DNA from: a virus
IMG/VR virus record: IMGVR_UViG_3300045257_000045
Coordinates: 4,092 to 68,091 of that record
Reading direction: 5' to 3' (one strand)
Length of the DNA stretch: 64,000 nt
Shown: positions 19,143 to 30,125 of the stretch, piece after piece
Numbering within the stretch: the first letter of the stretch is position 1
How the letters are laid out: each line of letters opens with the position of its first letter
Program-made: the position numbers and the translations under genes
The notes under the pieces: model-generated
The model's input: the letters and a program-made list of their open reading frames with translations, nothing else
Database searches by the model: none
Told to the model about the DNA's origin: nothing

Positions 19143-19741
19143 AACTGACGACACTTCTTTTCGCAACACTTCTTTTCGGCACGCTCGAAGCGGCGACTAC
19201 GTCCTTCGGAACAGGCTTAGGAGGGATCGAGTTCAACGACTACGGCGGAGCCAATGTCGCAACCATACCGGACCCTGCGTGGCACGCTCCGATCGGTCCT
19301 TCGGTGTGGGAGTCGATCCAACCTGATTCCACCTCCCCGGCCATCCCCAACGGCACGACCGTGGACTTCTTCTTCATGTTCACCCTTGGAACACCTGTCA
19401 GCGGCAACCTGTCGTTGCTGGTGGACGACAATGCAAAGATTGTGGTGAACGGAGTTGTCTTGTACGACAACACCAGCAGCCCCCTAGGCGAACACTGCGC
19501 CGCCTCTCTGCCCAACTGTATGGAGGTAATGAGCCTGGACATCGGCTCCTACTTAGTGTCTGGGGTCAACAAGGTTCAGGTGTCTGTGCGGCAGGCTGGG
19601 AACGGCCCGTTCGGTCTCGACGTGTTTGGCACGGCGCAGTCCACAACCTCTAACGCAACCCCTGAGCCGTCCAGCATGGTGCTGATGATCGGTGGTGGCC
19701 TCGTGTTTATCACAAAGCTGTCTCGGAGGAAAAGTGGATAA
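19139..19741 (+). CDS. PEP-CTERM sorting-domain surface protein
   Basis: N-terminal signal peptide MKLTTLLFATLLFGTLEA; C-terminal TPEPSS + hydrophobic helix + basic SRRK tail. Confidence 0.88.
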   Translation: MKLTTLLFATLLFGTLEAATTSFGTGLGGIEFNDYGGANVATIPDPAWHAPIGPSVWESIQPDSTSPAIPNGTTVDFFFMFTLGTPVSGNLSLLVDDNAKIVVNGVVLYDNTSSPLGEHCAASLPNCMEVMSLDIGSYLVSGVNKVQVSVRQAGNGPFGLDVFGTAQSTTSNATPEPSSMVLMIGGGLVFITKLSRRKSG

Positions 19742-19837
19742 CATTATCGGGTGGTTGCTGTCTAACCCTGAGATAGTCGTGACGGGGTTGGTTGTTTTGA
19801 TACTTGTATTGCTGGTGCTCGACAGGGGCTTGAAGCG

Positions 19838-20155
19838 ATGAGCCGTGCAATGAAGAGCGTGGACTTCTCCTCGAAGGAGGGCAAGTCCCTGTTCTCCGTA
19901 GCAGATCGCTCCGTCATAACCAAAGCTCTTACTGATCCGTACGGGCTGAATCGGTGGGATGGAACCAGAAAAGGATTCCTAGTAGAGCTTGCCTACCACA
20001 AAGACTGGGCGATTGGAGCCCAAATATGCTGGGGCGTCTGCATCAAGAGACATTGGAAGAAGGGAACTTCGTGCCTGATCTCTGAAGCCATGCAACTCAT
20101 CGAGCAGAAGGTAGCCAACCGGGACTGGGACGCGCGAAAGGACTCTAAAGAATGA
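19838..20155 (+). CDS. Hypothetical protein
   Basis: 105-aa ORF coupled to the primase-helicase. Confidence 0.6.
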   Translation: MSRAMKSVDFSSKEGKSLFSVADRSVITKALTDPYGLNRWDGTRKGFLVELAYHKDWAIGAQICWGVCIKRHWKKGTSCLISEAMQLIEQKVANRDWDARKDSKE

Positions 20156-22041
20156 GCGACGAAATAGGCGATGAAGAAACTACGAAGACCGAGCAACTCA
20201 TCGCCTCACAGGGCTGGGCCAGCAAGCCCAGCGGCAACGGTGAGAACGTTGCTGTAGAGGTGTGCCCGTTCTGCCGCAACACCAACTGGAAGTTCTTCAT
20301 TCACATCGGCGGCGACAAGGACGGCCTGTTCCGCTGCGTGGCCTGCGAAGAGAACGGAAACTACTGGCAGTTGAAAGAGAGACTCGGCATCAGCATGACC
20401 AACGTCTCGTCAATGAGGGCGGCTGCGTCTCCTGGCGCGCCGCAGGCTCTCCCCAACTTAGAGACTATGCACCGTCGCCTGATGACCGACGAGGCTATGG
20501 GCGACGTCCTGGACTACCTAGTGGCAGAGCGTGGCTTCTCCATTGCCACCATCACGAAGCTGAAGCTGGGGGCAGAGGAATACAACGGCAAGAAGTGGTA
20601 CGTAATCCCTTACCTCGACGCGGCTGGCAAGCCTACGTACTACAAAGCCAGAAGCATACCCACCGTTCCCCCAACGAAGAAGGAGTTCCGCGCACCTGCT
20701 GGGCGCGAGGCTCCTCTGTACAACGAGTCCTGCTTGAAGACGGGGATGAGCGAGTTGGTCATGGTGGAAGGCGAGGCTGATTGCATCGCCCTAATCAACC
20801 AGGGCTGCGCCAACGTCGTCGGAATCCCAGGAGCCGGGATGAAGAAGGCCGAGTGGATTGTGAAGCTAGACCGCTTGGCTCCTGCTACCATCTTCCTCTG
20901 CTACGACACCGACAAGGTGGGGCAGGACGCCGCTAAGGAGATGGCTGCGCGCGTCGGTATCGACAAATGCCGAAACCTCGTACTGCCTGCATTTGAGATC
21001 GACGGGCCGGATGGGACGAAGAAGGCTGGTAAGGACTTGAACGAGTTCTTCGCCAGCGGGCACACCCTTGAGGAGTTCGAAGTCCTCAAGGTAGAGGCTC
21101 AGCAGTTCCCTGTGGCAGGCGTGCAGACTTCTAGTGAGGTGCTGGACGAGCTAATGGCGTCCCTCACAGAAAGCGGCGCTGAGCCTACCTACCTGACTCC
21201 GTGGCCGTCCCTCACCAAAAGGCTAGGAGGGTGCGAACCGGGAGACATGATTGGAATTATGGCTCAAGGAAAAACCGGGAAGACAACGCTCGCCCTCAAC
21301 TGGTGCCAGTGGTTTGCTGAAAGGCACGCGCCTTCTCTTCTGTTCTGCCTAGAGATGCTGCCAACTCGGATGGTAAGAAAGTGGGCCTCTTTGGTTACGC
21401 AGACCGACGACACACCGGGCGCGTCGCAGCTAACCCCGGAAACAGTGGGGCTGGCTAAAGCAATCGCTATAAATATGCAGAACGACATCCTCTTCGGTTA
21501 CGGGCAGTCCCGAAAGCCAGAAGACGTTTGCAACACGATTGAACAAGCCGTTAGGCGCTACGGCGTGAAGTTGGTTGTAGTTGACAACTTGCAGCTACTG
21601 TTGCACGGAGTCAAGGACGTTGCGCAGGAAACCAGCAAGGTGTCTAAACAAATCAAAGCTTTGGCAATGAAGCTAGGAGTTGTCATTCTTCTGATCGTGC
21701 AGCCTAAGAGAGTTCAGGAAGGAACCATTATCGGGGCCTACGACGCAATTGGGTCGTCAGCGGTCGAGAAGGACGTAGACGCCATGGTCCTCATGCATAG
21801 GAACGAATGCGGGCGTATACAAAAAGCCACCGACTTCCACGGTATGTTGGAGACCGATGAGGGCTTGGAGCCGCAGATTTTAATGAGAGTTCCTTTATCA
21901 CGCTACTCGGCAGGCGGGGCCTGCACTCTGTGGATGGAGGGGGGGACAAGCACCGTCAGAGAACTGAATTCAGACGAGTCATCTAGCGCTGGCGCGGTCG
22001 TGAGAAGCGGTGTAATTTCAATAGAGGCGGAGGCTATCTGA
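20152..22041 (+). CDS. Primase-helicase (T7 gp4/Twinkle architecture)
   Basis: CPFC...CVAC zinc ribbon, TOPRIM VEGEAD and YDTDKVG, KDLNE, DnaB-like QGKTGKTT, FCLEM, VVDNLQ. Confidence 0.93.
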   Translation: MSDEIGDEETTKTEQLIASQGWASKPSGNGENVAVEVCPFCRNTNWKFFIHIGGDKDGLFRCVACEENGNYWQLKERLGISMTNVSSMRAAASPGAPQALPNLETMHRRLMTDEAMGDVLDYLVAERGFSIATITKLKLGAEEYNGKKWYVIPYLDAAGKPTYYKARSIPTVPPTKKEFRAPAGREAPLYNESCLKTGMSELVMVEGEADCIALINQGCANVVGIPGAGMKKAEWIVKLDRLAPATIFLCYDTDKVGQDAAKEMAARVGIDKCRNLVLPAFEIDGPDGTKKAGKDLNEFFASGHTLEEFEVLKVEAQQFPVAGVQTSSEVLDELMASLTESGAEPTYLTPWPSLTKRLGGCEPGDMIGIMAQGKTGKTTLALNWCQWFAERHAPSLLFCLEMLPTRMVRKWASLVTQTDDTPGASQLTPETVGLAKAIAINMQNDILFGYGQSRKPEDVCNTIEQAVRRYGVKLVVVDNLQLLLHGVKDVAQETSKVSKQIKALAMKLGVVILLIVQPKRVQEGTIIGAYDAIGSSAVEKDVDAMVLMHRNECGRIQKATDFHGMLETDEGLEPQILMRVPLSRYSAGGACTLWMEGGTSTVRELNSDESSSAGAVVRSGVISIEAEAI

Positions 22042-22550
22042 TGGGGAGGCACAACAGTAAAGAGTACTACGATAAATACAATCGCAGCGAGAAGGGCAAA
22101 GCCGCACAAAGGCGGTGCCAAGAAAAACGTAGGCTGTGTGTTAGGTCTGCCCCAAGCGTTAAGCAGTTCTTTCAACGAAAAGCTACTACCATGCGCTTCA
22201 CGGCAAAATGCCAAAACGTACCTTGCACTCTGTCCTGGGAGGATTTGCGAGAGCAGTTCGAAAGCCAAAAAGGCTTATGTTTCTATACAAGCGTTCCTAT
22301 GGAGTTAAGGTGCAGGCGTCGTTCTGAGGCACACCTTAGTTTATCTATAGACAAGATAGTTCCTAGAGAAGGCTACGTAAAAAACAATATCGTACTTTGC
22401 ACTGTGGCTGTTAATCTTAGGAAGAACGATTCGACTATGGAAGATCTTCTCCAGATGGGCGAGTGGTACGGCAGGGTAATCACTGCCAGACCCGACCTAG
22501 CGTCACCGGTCAACAGGGGCGCAATTCAAACGGAGGTTGTTTCTATATGA
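22041..22550 (+). CDS. Free-standing HNH-like homing endonuclease
   Basis: QKGLCFYT...SIDKIVPREGYVKNNIVLCTVAVNLRKN; visibly AT-richer than neighbouring genes. Confidence 0.75.
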   Translation: MGRHNSKEYYDKYNRSEKGKAAQRRCQEKRRLCVRSAPSVKQFFQRKATTMRFTAKCQNVPCTLSWEDLREQFESQKGLCFYTSVPMELRCRRRSEAHLSLSIDKIVPREGYVKNNIVLCTVAVNLRKNDSTMEDLLQMGEWYGRVITARPDLASPVNRGAIQTEVVSI

Positions 22551-23276
22551 GTTTCCTTACCAAGTTCACGGACCAGCAGCTTGCGGAAGAGATCGAACGT
22601 AGAAAGAAAATCGCCACCATCCCTCCTCAGCCACTCTCTAACCCGGATTGGGCTCCTCTCCAAAGCACGATCCTGTACGGGCATAATGAGTCTGTTAGGA
22701 ATGGGTACGTGGACGATGACTTAGAGCACTACGTGTTCGAAGCGGCTATGACGGCGGTGTTCGGGCAGCGCTATTGGGAGTGGCGCAGGGCACATACGCT
22801 ATGAACTCAGCCGCCTTCGATGACCTAGTAAGAAGAGTCGCCCACGTCTGGGATACTCTATACCCTGCACAGTCGTGCGATGGGCCTGCCAGGGCGCTGG
22901 AGATAATCAGCGCCGAGGTGCAGGATCTCCGTGGCCGCGCGGCACGCCTGGACGAGGCTCTCACAATGTGGCAATTCAACTTCGACCCTTCTGACCTCGA
23001 CCCGGCCAACTACTTGACACCCACTGCTAGTGTGTGCGATACTGAAGGTATAAGGACGACATGAGCAACCAAAACAACAACGCGGGCGAGGCGTACGAAG
23101 GCTCGTCAACCAGGGACATGGTGGGGTCGCTGTGTTTGATGTTGATGTGCCCTGGTTCATACAGCCCCACAGACGACCCCACCATCGTTGCCTGCGACAC
23201 TTGCCGCACCGGTCTGCCTCGCTGGCTGACTAAGAACGGGGCTATGGCTTGGGCGGTGTGGCTGGAAGAGGCATGA
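22547..23276 (+). other. Small hypothetical genes (22547-22804; 22801-23064; 23061-23276)
   Basis: ATGA-coupled ORFs. Confidence 0.6.
23014..23043 (+). promoter_or_regulatory. Conserved promoter copy 3
   Basis: TTGACA-CCCACTGCTAGTGTGTGC(18)-GATACT. Confidence 0.85.
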
Positions 23277-23635
23277 AGACTTCATCCTGCAAAGCTAAGG
23301 GCCGCGCCCTACAGAAGCTCGTGGCTAACGAACTTCTAGGAATAGGGGACAAGTATGGGCTGGTTGCGGACGACATCAAGAGCGTTGGTATGGGTCAGTC
23401 GGGTGTCGATATCCTGCTCTCCCCCGCAGCGAAGAAAGTTTTCGGCAGCTTGTCTGTAGAGTGCAAGAACGTCGAGGCTCTCAACGTAGTCACTACGTTT
23501 CACGAACACGCAGCCAAGTACCCAGGTAAGTTTGCTCTACTCGCACACAAAAAGAACCGAACGGAGACCTTAGCAACAATGCGATTCTCAGACTTCTTAA
23601 CGATCTACGCAGCTTACGTCGAGGACAACCGATGA
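23273..23635 (+). CDS. Holliday junction resolvase-like PD-(D/E)XK nuclease
   Basis: KAKGRALQ, MGQSGVDI, VECKN. Confidence 0.78.
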   Translation: MKTSSCKAKGRALQKLVANELLGIGDKYGLVADDIKSVGMGQSGVDILLSPAAKKVFGSLSVECKNVEALNVVTTFHEHAAKYPGKFALLAHKKNRTETLATMRFSDFLTIYAAYVEDNR

Positions 23636-24162
23636 TGGCCACCCCTCGCAAGTACAGTCCTCAGGAAGTGGACAGCGTGGTTGACAGGCTCATGGACGGC
23701 GTGTCCTGCGCTGATGTGGCCTACAACACAGGCATCCCGGTGGCGACGATCAGAACATGGCAGGCGAAGTACGAGTCTCCTGCTGGAGCAGACAAGCTCA
23801 GGAAACACCGCGAAGCGTTCGTCGCTGTCATCGACAGCTTCAACCAGATTCGCACCGTACTTGGCCAGATCCAGGCGATGGACTACGCTAACGCGCTGGA
23901 GGGCAGCGGGGCGCAGTATGGCAACACAGACCGCTCACTGCAAGTGATCGACTTCATGGTTGACGTCACCAAGGCAGTGGAGGGAACGCTCACACCGGAG
24001 CAGTTGGCCTTCTTCAACGAGAACCTCAAGGACAACGACCTGGAAGAAGCTCTCAAGGTGCAGACTGTGCAATTCATGAGGCTCCAAGAGAAGCTGGGCA
24101 AGGTTTTCATCGCCCGTGAGTTGTTCCCGGTCAGCAAGTACTTCGTTAGCGCAAAGCAATGA
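23632..24162 (+). CDS. HTH DNA-binding protein
   Basis: GVSCADVAYNTGIPVATIRTWQAKY helix-turn-helix. Confidence 0.75.
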   Translation: MMATPRKYSPQEVDSVVDRLMDGVSCADVAYNTGIPVATIRTWQAKYESPAGADKLRKHREAFVAVIDSFNQIRTVLGQIQAMDYANALEGSGAQYGNTDRSLQVIDFMVDVTKAVEGTLTPEQLAFFNENLKDNDLEEALKVQTVQFMRLQEKLGKVFIARELFPVSKYFVSAKQ

Positions 24163-24312
24163 AGTGGCTCAGGGACAACTACTACGAGGTTTGGAACTAC
24201 CAGACCTGCTACGCGCCTATCTTCGTCACACGGTATGACGGGTGGATGCGCATTCGCTTCTTCGGCCTGCTGCTCGTCAAGATCAAACTACCTTAACCAA
24301 ACAAAGGAAATA

Positions 24313-25435
24313 ATGCTCAAATCAATCTTAAACCGCTTCGGCTACAAACTCGTCAAGTCGTCAGACGAACCCAGAGAACTCATCCAGGCATTCGCCTTGG
24401 AGATCGAGGAAGAGCACCGTGCAGCGGAGTACTTCGGAGACGTAGACGATCCGCTTTACGGAGAGACCCGCTTTGAACTGTTCGACTCCCTGACAGGCTT
24501 CGCCCAGCAGCTAACAGAAATGGTATACGCGGAAAAGTACGAAGGTCAAGCGGAAGACGTACGTAACCAGTGCGCCGCTGTCGGTGCCATCGCCATGTAC
24601 ATCTCTAAGAAGTTCGGAGATCTTCTGCCCAGGCCGGTGAAAGCATGACCCACATCCAAGCCATCAACGCGGTGCAGAGCGGAGACTGCGTGGAGTCTAC
24701 GCCGACAGAGTGGTTGGTAGTTCGTGCGGCTCTTAGAGCCTACGCCGACGCGATGAACCGGGTGCGAAAGTTCGTCTTCGCCAAAACAGCGCTGCAAGAG
24801 ATTGAGCGCCTTGACGAGACGTTCGGCTACGTCCCTGGTAAGCCTTATGCTCCTGGCAAGGTGGACGAGCGCAAGGCTCAGCCGCCGTCGCGGTTCTTTC
24901 GACCTGGAGACTTGGTTGTGTTCGTCCCTGGCTCCAAGGTGAAGAACGGCGGGCCGTTCACCGTCCGTGGCGTCCAGCTTAGGCTCACCGAGCAGGCGCA
25001 GGACGTGACGCTGGAAGAGATCCCCGGCACCTACGACAGCGAGTCCTTGAAGAGGTACGTATGAAAATCGAAATGGGAAAGAAGTACCAGACGCGGGATG
25101 GAAAACAGTGGCGCACCTACTGTGTGGACGGTGGCGGCGTGTTACCTGTACACGGAGCTTTCTTAGACTCCTCTGGATGGAGAGAGTCTCCTCGCAGCGC
25201 GGAGGGTAAGGTCTACTTATACGGCTTAGGCTACCCTGGCGACTACCCTGGCGACCTTATCGAAGTCCCAGAGACGTTCGACCACGGAGTCATGTTCTTG
25301 AACGTCTACGACACCGGATTCGTCGCCTGCCACAAGTCGCTGGAAACGGCAAAGGAGTGGGCCTGCGACGCCATCTTAGTAGCACGCTTGGAGATCCACG
25401 TCAAAGGCAAAGTAGGAGAGGGGCTGGAACAATGA
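24313..25435 (+). other. Three hypothetical genes (about 24313-24648; 24645-25064; 25061-25435)
   Basis: ATGA-coupled ORFs. Confidence 0.65.
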
Positions 25436-26454
25436 TCGAAGTTGCTAATCCGTCAACGCCTAAAGAGATCAAGAGCGCAGTAGACGCTGCGGTGGCTGGG
25501 CTCACGAAGACTCACGGAGCGGGCATCGTCTTCCGAATGGGCGACAAGGTAGGAAAGCCGGTCCCTAACATTCCCACCGGCATCTACGACCTGGACTACG
25601 AAGTACTGGGAGTGGGTGGTGTGCCTAAGGGGCGCATCATCGAGATCTACGGCCCCGAGTCCGCTGGCAAGACAACCCTGGCGCTCCAGATCGTGGCCCA
25701 GGCACAGCGTGCTGGCGGTATGGCTGCGTTCGTGGACGTCGAACATGCTCTGGACCCCACCTGGGCGGAGACGCTAGGCTGCGACGTAAAGAACCTTCTA
25801 GTGTCACAGCCAGACTCCGGTGAGCAGGCGCTGGAAGTGGTGGGGGCTCTGGTTGAATCCGGCGCGTTCGCTGTTATCGTGGTGGACTCCGTGGCCGCTC
25901 TAGTGCCTCAGGCAGAGCTGGACGGGGACTTCGGTGACAGCCACATGGGCCTGCAAGCACGTCTGATGTCTCAAGCCTGCCGCAAGCTCACCGGCATGGT
26001 GTCCAGGAGCGGCGTAGTCCTAATCTTCATCAACCAGTTGCGCGAGAAGATTGGTGTGATGTTCGGTAGCCCAGAGACTACGACTGGCGGCAAGGCTCTG
26101 AAGTTCTACGCCTCGGTTCGCCTCGACGTTCGCCGTATCGGCTCGATCAAGGAAGGAGACGTCTCTATTGGCAACAAGACGAAGATCAAAGCTGCTAAGA
26201 ACAAGGTCGCTTCGCCGTTCCGTACGACGGAGGTTGATCTGCTGTTCGGAAAAGGATTCGACTGTGAAGGTAGCTTGGTTGACGCCGCCATCACAGCAGG
26301 AGTTATCCAAAAGAGTGGATCTTGGTTCTCCTACGGCACCGACCGCATCGGGCAAGGACGTAGCAACGCCATAGCAACGCTGCGCTCCAGTGGACTTCTA
26401 CCGCAGATCCTGAAGGAAGTGCGGGCTCTGGCTAACCACGAGAGTGCTACATGA
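25432..26454 (+). CDS. recA: RecA recombinase
   Basis: [67 protein letters not shown]. Confidence 0.97.
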   Translation: MIEVANPSTPKEIKSAVDAAVAGLTKTHGAGIVFRMGDKVGKPVPNIPTGIYDLDYEVLGVGGVPKGRIIEIYGPESAGKTTLALQIVAQAQRAGGMAAFVDVEHALDPTWAETLGCDVKNLLVSQPDSGEQALEVVGALVESGAFAVIVVDSVAALVPQAELDGDFGDSHMGLQARLMSQACRKLTGMVSRSGVVLIFINQLREKIGVMFGSPETTTGGKALKFYASVRLDVRRIGSIKEGDVSIGNKTKIKAAKNKVASPFRTTEVDLLFGKGFDCEGSLVDAAITAGVIQKSGSWFSYGTDRIGQGRSNAIATLRSSGLLPQILKEVRALANHESAT

Positions 26455-26864
26455 CGGAGTACGTAGCCGGGTTCATGTTCGACACAGGAACCTACACCGT
26501 GGCTTTGATTCAGAAGCAGCGACCGGCATGGCAGAAGGGGCGCTGGAACGCCATCGGCGGGCATATCGAAGCTGGTGAGAGCCCACGCGAGGCTGTGGCT
26601 AGGGAATTTGAAGAGGAGACGGGCGTAAAGAACAGCGATTGGAAACGGTTCGCCGTCTTGGAGGGCGGAGACTTCAAGGTACACTTCTTTGTAGTCTTAG
26701 ACGACGCTGTGTGCCGCGTGAACACTTTGACGGACGAGCAGGTCAACTACTACCCCCTTGACTTACTGCCGTATCCCCTAGTGCCTAATCTAAGGTGGCT
26801 GATTGAGTTGGCGTTAACGAACCTTAGAGGGGCTTCTGAGTTGCACATAAAAGAGGTGGCGTGA
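26451..26864 (+). CDS. NUDIX hydrolase
   Basis: [24 protein letters not shown] Nudix box. Confidence 0.93.
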   Translation: MTEYVAGFMFDTGTYTVALIQKQRPAWQKGRWNAIGGHIEAGESPREAVAREFEEETGVKNSDWKRFAVLEGGDFKVHFFVVLDDAVCRVNTLTDEQVNYYPLDLLPYPLVPNLRWLIELALTNLRGASELHIKEVA

Positions 26865-27374
26865 TGCCGCCTTGGACTCCAGACCCTAACTCCTTCGTCC
26901 TCGTGGTATCTAACCGTCTGTATAGCAAGCTGTGGGACGAGATGGCTCAGTACCAAAACAGAACCATAGGCGACTTCGAACTGTGCAAGCACATCGCAGA
27001 GCTTGGTCTGCCGGTGGATGACATGAAGTACCGTATGACAACGATTGAAGTTGACCCGGCGTTGAAGGAGCACGAATGGAAAAGAAGACCCCTGCGAACG
27101 CCGACTGAGGCTGTTAACCGTGGCTGCTGACTCACTTCTGTTTCTACTGAAGGACTTGTCTAGGGTGGACGTGTCGATGAACCCAGGTGTACCCAGCGAC
27201 GCCAAGGTTGTCGCGATGGAGCGCGGCGACTTCCTCCCTAAACACTCGTACAACACAATGTACATCGTTATCAGCAGTCACACCTTCGACCCTGTGCCTG
27301 AGGGCGAACTTATCCCCGACCTAAAACTAATCTACACCACAACGCAAAGGACAAAGAGTGACCGCACCTTTTAA
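26861..27374 (+). other. Two small hypothetical genes (26861-27130; 27120-27374)
   Basis: Coupled ORFs. Confidence 0.65.
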
Positions 27375-29034
27375 GACACAGTTTTCAGAGAACATTTTCT
27401 TCCAGAAGTACGCCCTAGACGCTAAAGACACCTGGGGTGCGTTGGCACATCGCTGCGTGAACGACGTGTGCGGCACGTTCCAGGGCAAGGCTGAGCCTCT
27501 GATGTCGCTGAGCGAACGCTCCCAGCTCGTGCAGTACATCACGGATATGAAGTTTATTCCAGGAGGGCGCTACCTCCGCAACGCCGGTAGGTCGCTGCAC
27601 GCTTGGAACAACTGCTTCCTGCTACGGGCAGAGGAAGATACGCGCGAGGAATGGGGAGACGTTCTGAAGCGGTCGTCAGACTGCCTAATGTCCGGTGGCG
27701 GCATCGGCGTAGAGTACAGCCGTCTCCGCGAAGCTGGAGCCAAGCTGCTGCGTACCGGTGGCACCAGCAGCGGCCCTATCCCGCTGATGTACTCCGTCAA
27801 CAACCACGGGCGCAATGTCATGCAGGGCGGGGATCGTCGCGCCGCCATCTGGGCTGCGTTGAACTGGCGTCACCTGGACATCGGTGCGTTCATCCGCAGC
27901 AAGGACTGGCACAACATGAGCGTGGGTAGGGCCAAGAAGCACAACGGCACGCCGTACACTTTGTGGGACGCCAAGCAGGACGACTTCAACTTCCCTGCCC
28001 CGCTGGACATGACCAACATCAGCGTTAACTACGACGACGACTGGAAGTTCGATGCCGGTAACCGGGTGTACCTCGACAACGTGCGGCAGGCGCTGAGCAC
28101 CGGGGAGCCTGGGTTCGGATTCAACTTCGGCGCGCAGGAGGATGAGGACCTGCGCAACGCTTGCTGCGAGGTAAGCAGTGCAGACGACAGCGACGTGTGC
28201 AACCTGGGGAGCCTTAACCTAGGCGCTACTGAGGATCTAGCCGAGTTGGCGGCAGTGACGTACCTCGCTACCAAGTTCCTGGTGTGCGGGACCACCAGAG
28301 CCACGCTGCCCTACGCGAAGGTGTACGAGGTGCGGGAGAAGAACCGCAGGCTGGGACTTGGTTTGATGGGGGTCCACGAGTGGTTGCTTCGTCGCGGCCA
28401 GCCGTACGAGGTTACCTCTGAGCTTCACAACTGGCTGGGGATCTACCGCAACATGTCCTCCTCTGCGGCGAGCGTGTTCTGCGACGCGCTTGGCATCTCC
28501 AGGCCGGTGGCAGTGCGGGCAATCGCTCCTACCGGCACCATCGGGATCATGGCTTCGACCACCACGGGGATTGAGCCGCTCTACGCCGTCGCCTACAAGC
28601 GCCGTTACCTCACCGAGGGAAGAGTTTGGAAGTACGAGTACGTGGTTGACGCTACGGCTGACCATCTCGTCAAGACGTACGGCATCGACCCGTCTAAGAT
28701 CGACACTGCGGCGTCTCTGGCGGCTGAGCCGGAACGACGCATTAAGCTGCAAGCCGACATCCAGGACTACGTGGACATGGCAATCAGCTCGACCATCAAC
28801 CTACCGGCCTGGGGCACTGACCTCAACAACGAAGACAAGGTGCTGCCCTTCGCCAAGATGCTGGCGCAGTACGCGCCCAGGCTTCGCGGGTTCACCTGCT
28901 ATCCAGACGGGGCGCGTGGTGGACAGCCGTTGGAAGTTGTCGCCTATGAGGACGCCTTGAAGCACAAGGGAGTCGTCTTCCAGGAGAACGACATCTGCGA
29001 CATCACCGGGCACGGTGGGACGTGCGGGTTGTAA
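27358..29034 (+). CDS. nrdJ: Ribonucleotide reductase, class II (adenosylcobalamin-dependent)
   Basis: PGGRYL, NNCF, GGGIG, GEPG, NACCE (NxCxE), CNLGSLNL, RRLGLG, IAPTGT, C-terminal Cys pair; no beta subunit nearby. Confidence 0.88.
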   Translation: MTAPFKTQFSENIFFQKYALDAKDTWGALAHRCVNDVCGTFQGKAEPLMSLSERSQLVQYITDMKFIPGGRYLRNAGRSLHAWNNCFLLRAEEDTREEWGDVLKRSSDCLMSGGGIGVEYSRLREAGAKLLRTGGTSSGPIPLMYSVNNHGRNVMQGGDRRAAIWAALNWRHLDIGAFIRSKDWHNMSVGRAKKHNGTPYTLWDAKQDDFNFPAPLDMTNISVNYDDDWKFDAGNRVYLDNVRQALSTGEPGFGFNFGAQEDEDLRNACCEVSSADDSDVCNLGSLNLGATEDLAELAAVTYLATKFLVCGTTRATLPYAKVYEVREKNRRLGLGLMGVHEWLLRRGQPYEVTSELHNWLGIYRNMSSSAASVFCDALGISRPVAVRAIAPTGTIGIMASTTTGIEPLYAVAYKRRYLTEGRVWKYEYVVDATADHLVKTYGIDPSKIDTAASLAAEPERRIKLQADIQDYVDMAISSTINLPAWGTDLNNEDKVLPFAKMLAQYAPRLRGFTCYPDGARGGQPLEVVAYEDALKHKGVVFQENDICDITGHGGTCGL

Positions 29035-29038
29035 TCAC

Positions 29039-29068
29039 TTGACACGCAATTACATTGTGTGCGATACT
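29039..29068 (+). promoter_or_regulatory. Conserved promoter copy 4
   Basis: TTGACA-CGCAATTACATTGTGTGC(18)-GATACT. Confidence 0.88.
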
Positions 29069-29092
29069 TAGGGGATACAAGGAGTCGGGAAC

Positions 29093-30125
29093 ATGACGAA
29101 GACACAGGGCAGCGACCTTAGAAGCGCGGTTAACTCAATGCTAACCGCCAGAGTCAGCCTCCTACACGCAGAGCAGAGGTACAAAGAAGCCACCGGCAAG
29201 TACGAAGCCTTGGTGTGGAAGTTTGAACAGGACGACGACCGGAAGGCTGTACAGATTGCGAAGGCGGTGACGTAATGCTGGATGACAAACAGGCGGGCTC
29301 ATGGGGAACAGAAGGCAGGTGTTTTTGGTGCAACACTGACCCAGCAGAGTCGGCGCTGATTGGGGAAGGGCCACACGCAACGTGGTGTCCCCATTACAGG
29401 TCAACGCCGATGCCACCAATGGTGAAGCAGTGAACCGGCGACCAACCAAAGGCGAAACTCTGAGGGTGCGTAACGGCGGCTTGGTGACGGTGGGGAGCTG
29501 CGGGATGAAGTACGTCCGCTGCTCCTACATCGGGCAGGCGACGAGCTTCCTGGTCTCGCTTAAAGACCTCTGCATCGTGGAAGACTCAGAACCTCTCAAA
29601 GCGGTAGTGAAAAAGCAAAGCCAGCGTCCAGCGATGGACGCACTCGACCAAGAGTTTCTTGGTGATTTGGAAGGTAAGGAGAACAACTAACATGGCGATG
29701 GAAAAAGACAAGTGGCTCGACATTTCCGTAGAGTATGCGCGCGAATACATCTACAGCGACTTCACACTGCGGATCGATAGCCCCACGCTGCTTAACGTAT
29801 CCGAAAGTTCGCTAGGAGGGCACGCACACCGAGTGCAGACCGCTGACGGAGTCGCTTACTACGTTGCTCCCGGCTGGAAGGCCATCTCGTGGACGGTTAA
29901 AGACGGCCAACCCCTGTTCAAGTTTTAAGCAAAGGACATAGCATGAACGACCAAGGCACACAACCTGACAACATCGACGTGGCCGCGTCATTGAACCCGG
30001 CCAGCGACGTGTTCCGCTTCAACATCATCATCGGCACCTTGGAGCCTCTGGAGCGCGCCGCGCAGATCCGAGTGCTCAAGTCGGTGGCTCATTTTCTTGA
30101 CATCGCTGAGGACATGGAGAGCTAA
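29093..30125 (+). other. Small hypothetical genes (29093-29275; about 29382-29690; 29692-29928; 29943-30125)
   Basis: ORFs with RBSs downstream of promoter 4. Confidence 0.6.

Noticed and set aside
23632-24162. IS3-family transposase OrfA
   Set aside because: HTH is similar, but there is no DDE OrfB and no terminal inverted repeats
25432-26454. Host chromosomal DNA or prophage boundary at recA
   Set aside because: recA is ATGA-coupled to phage genes on both sides; no att site, integrase or other host housekeeping context
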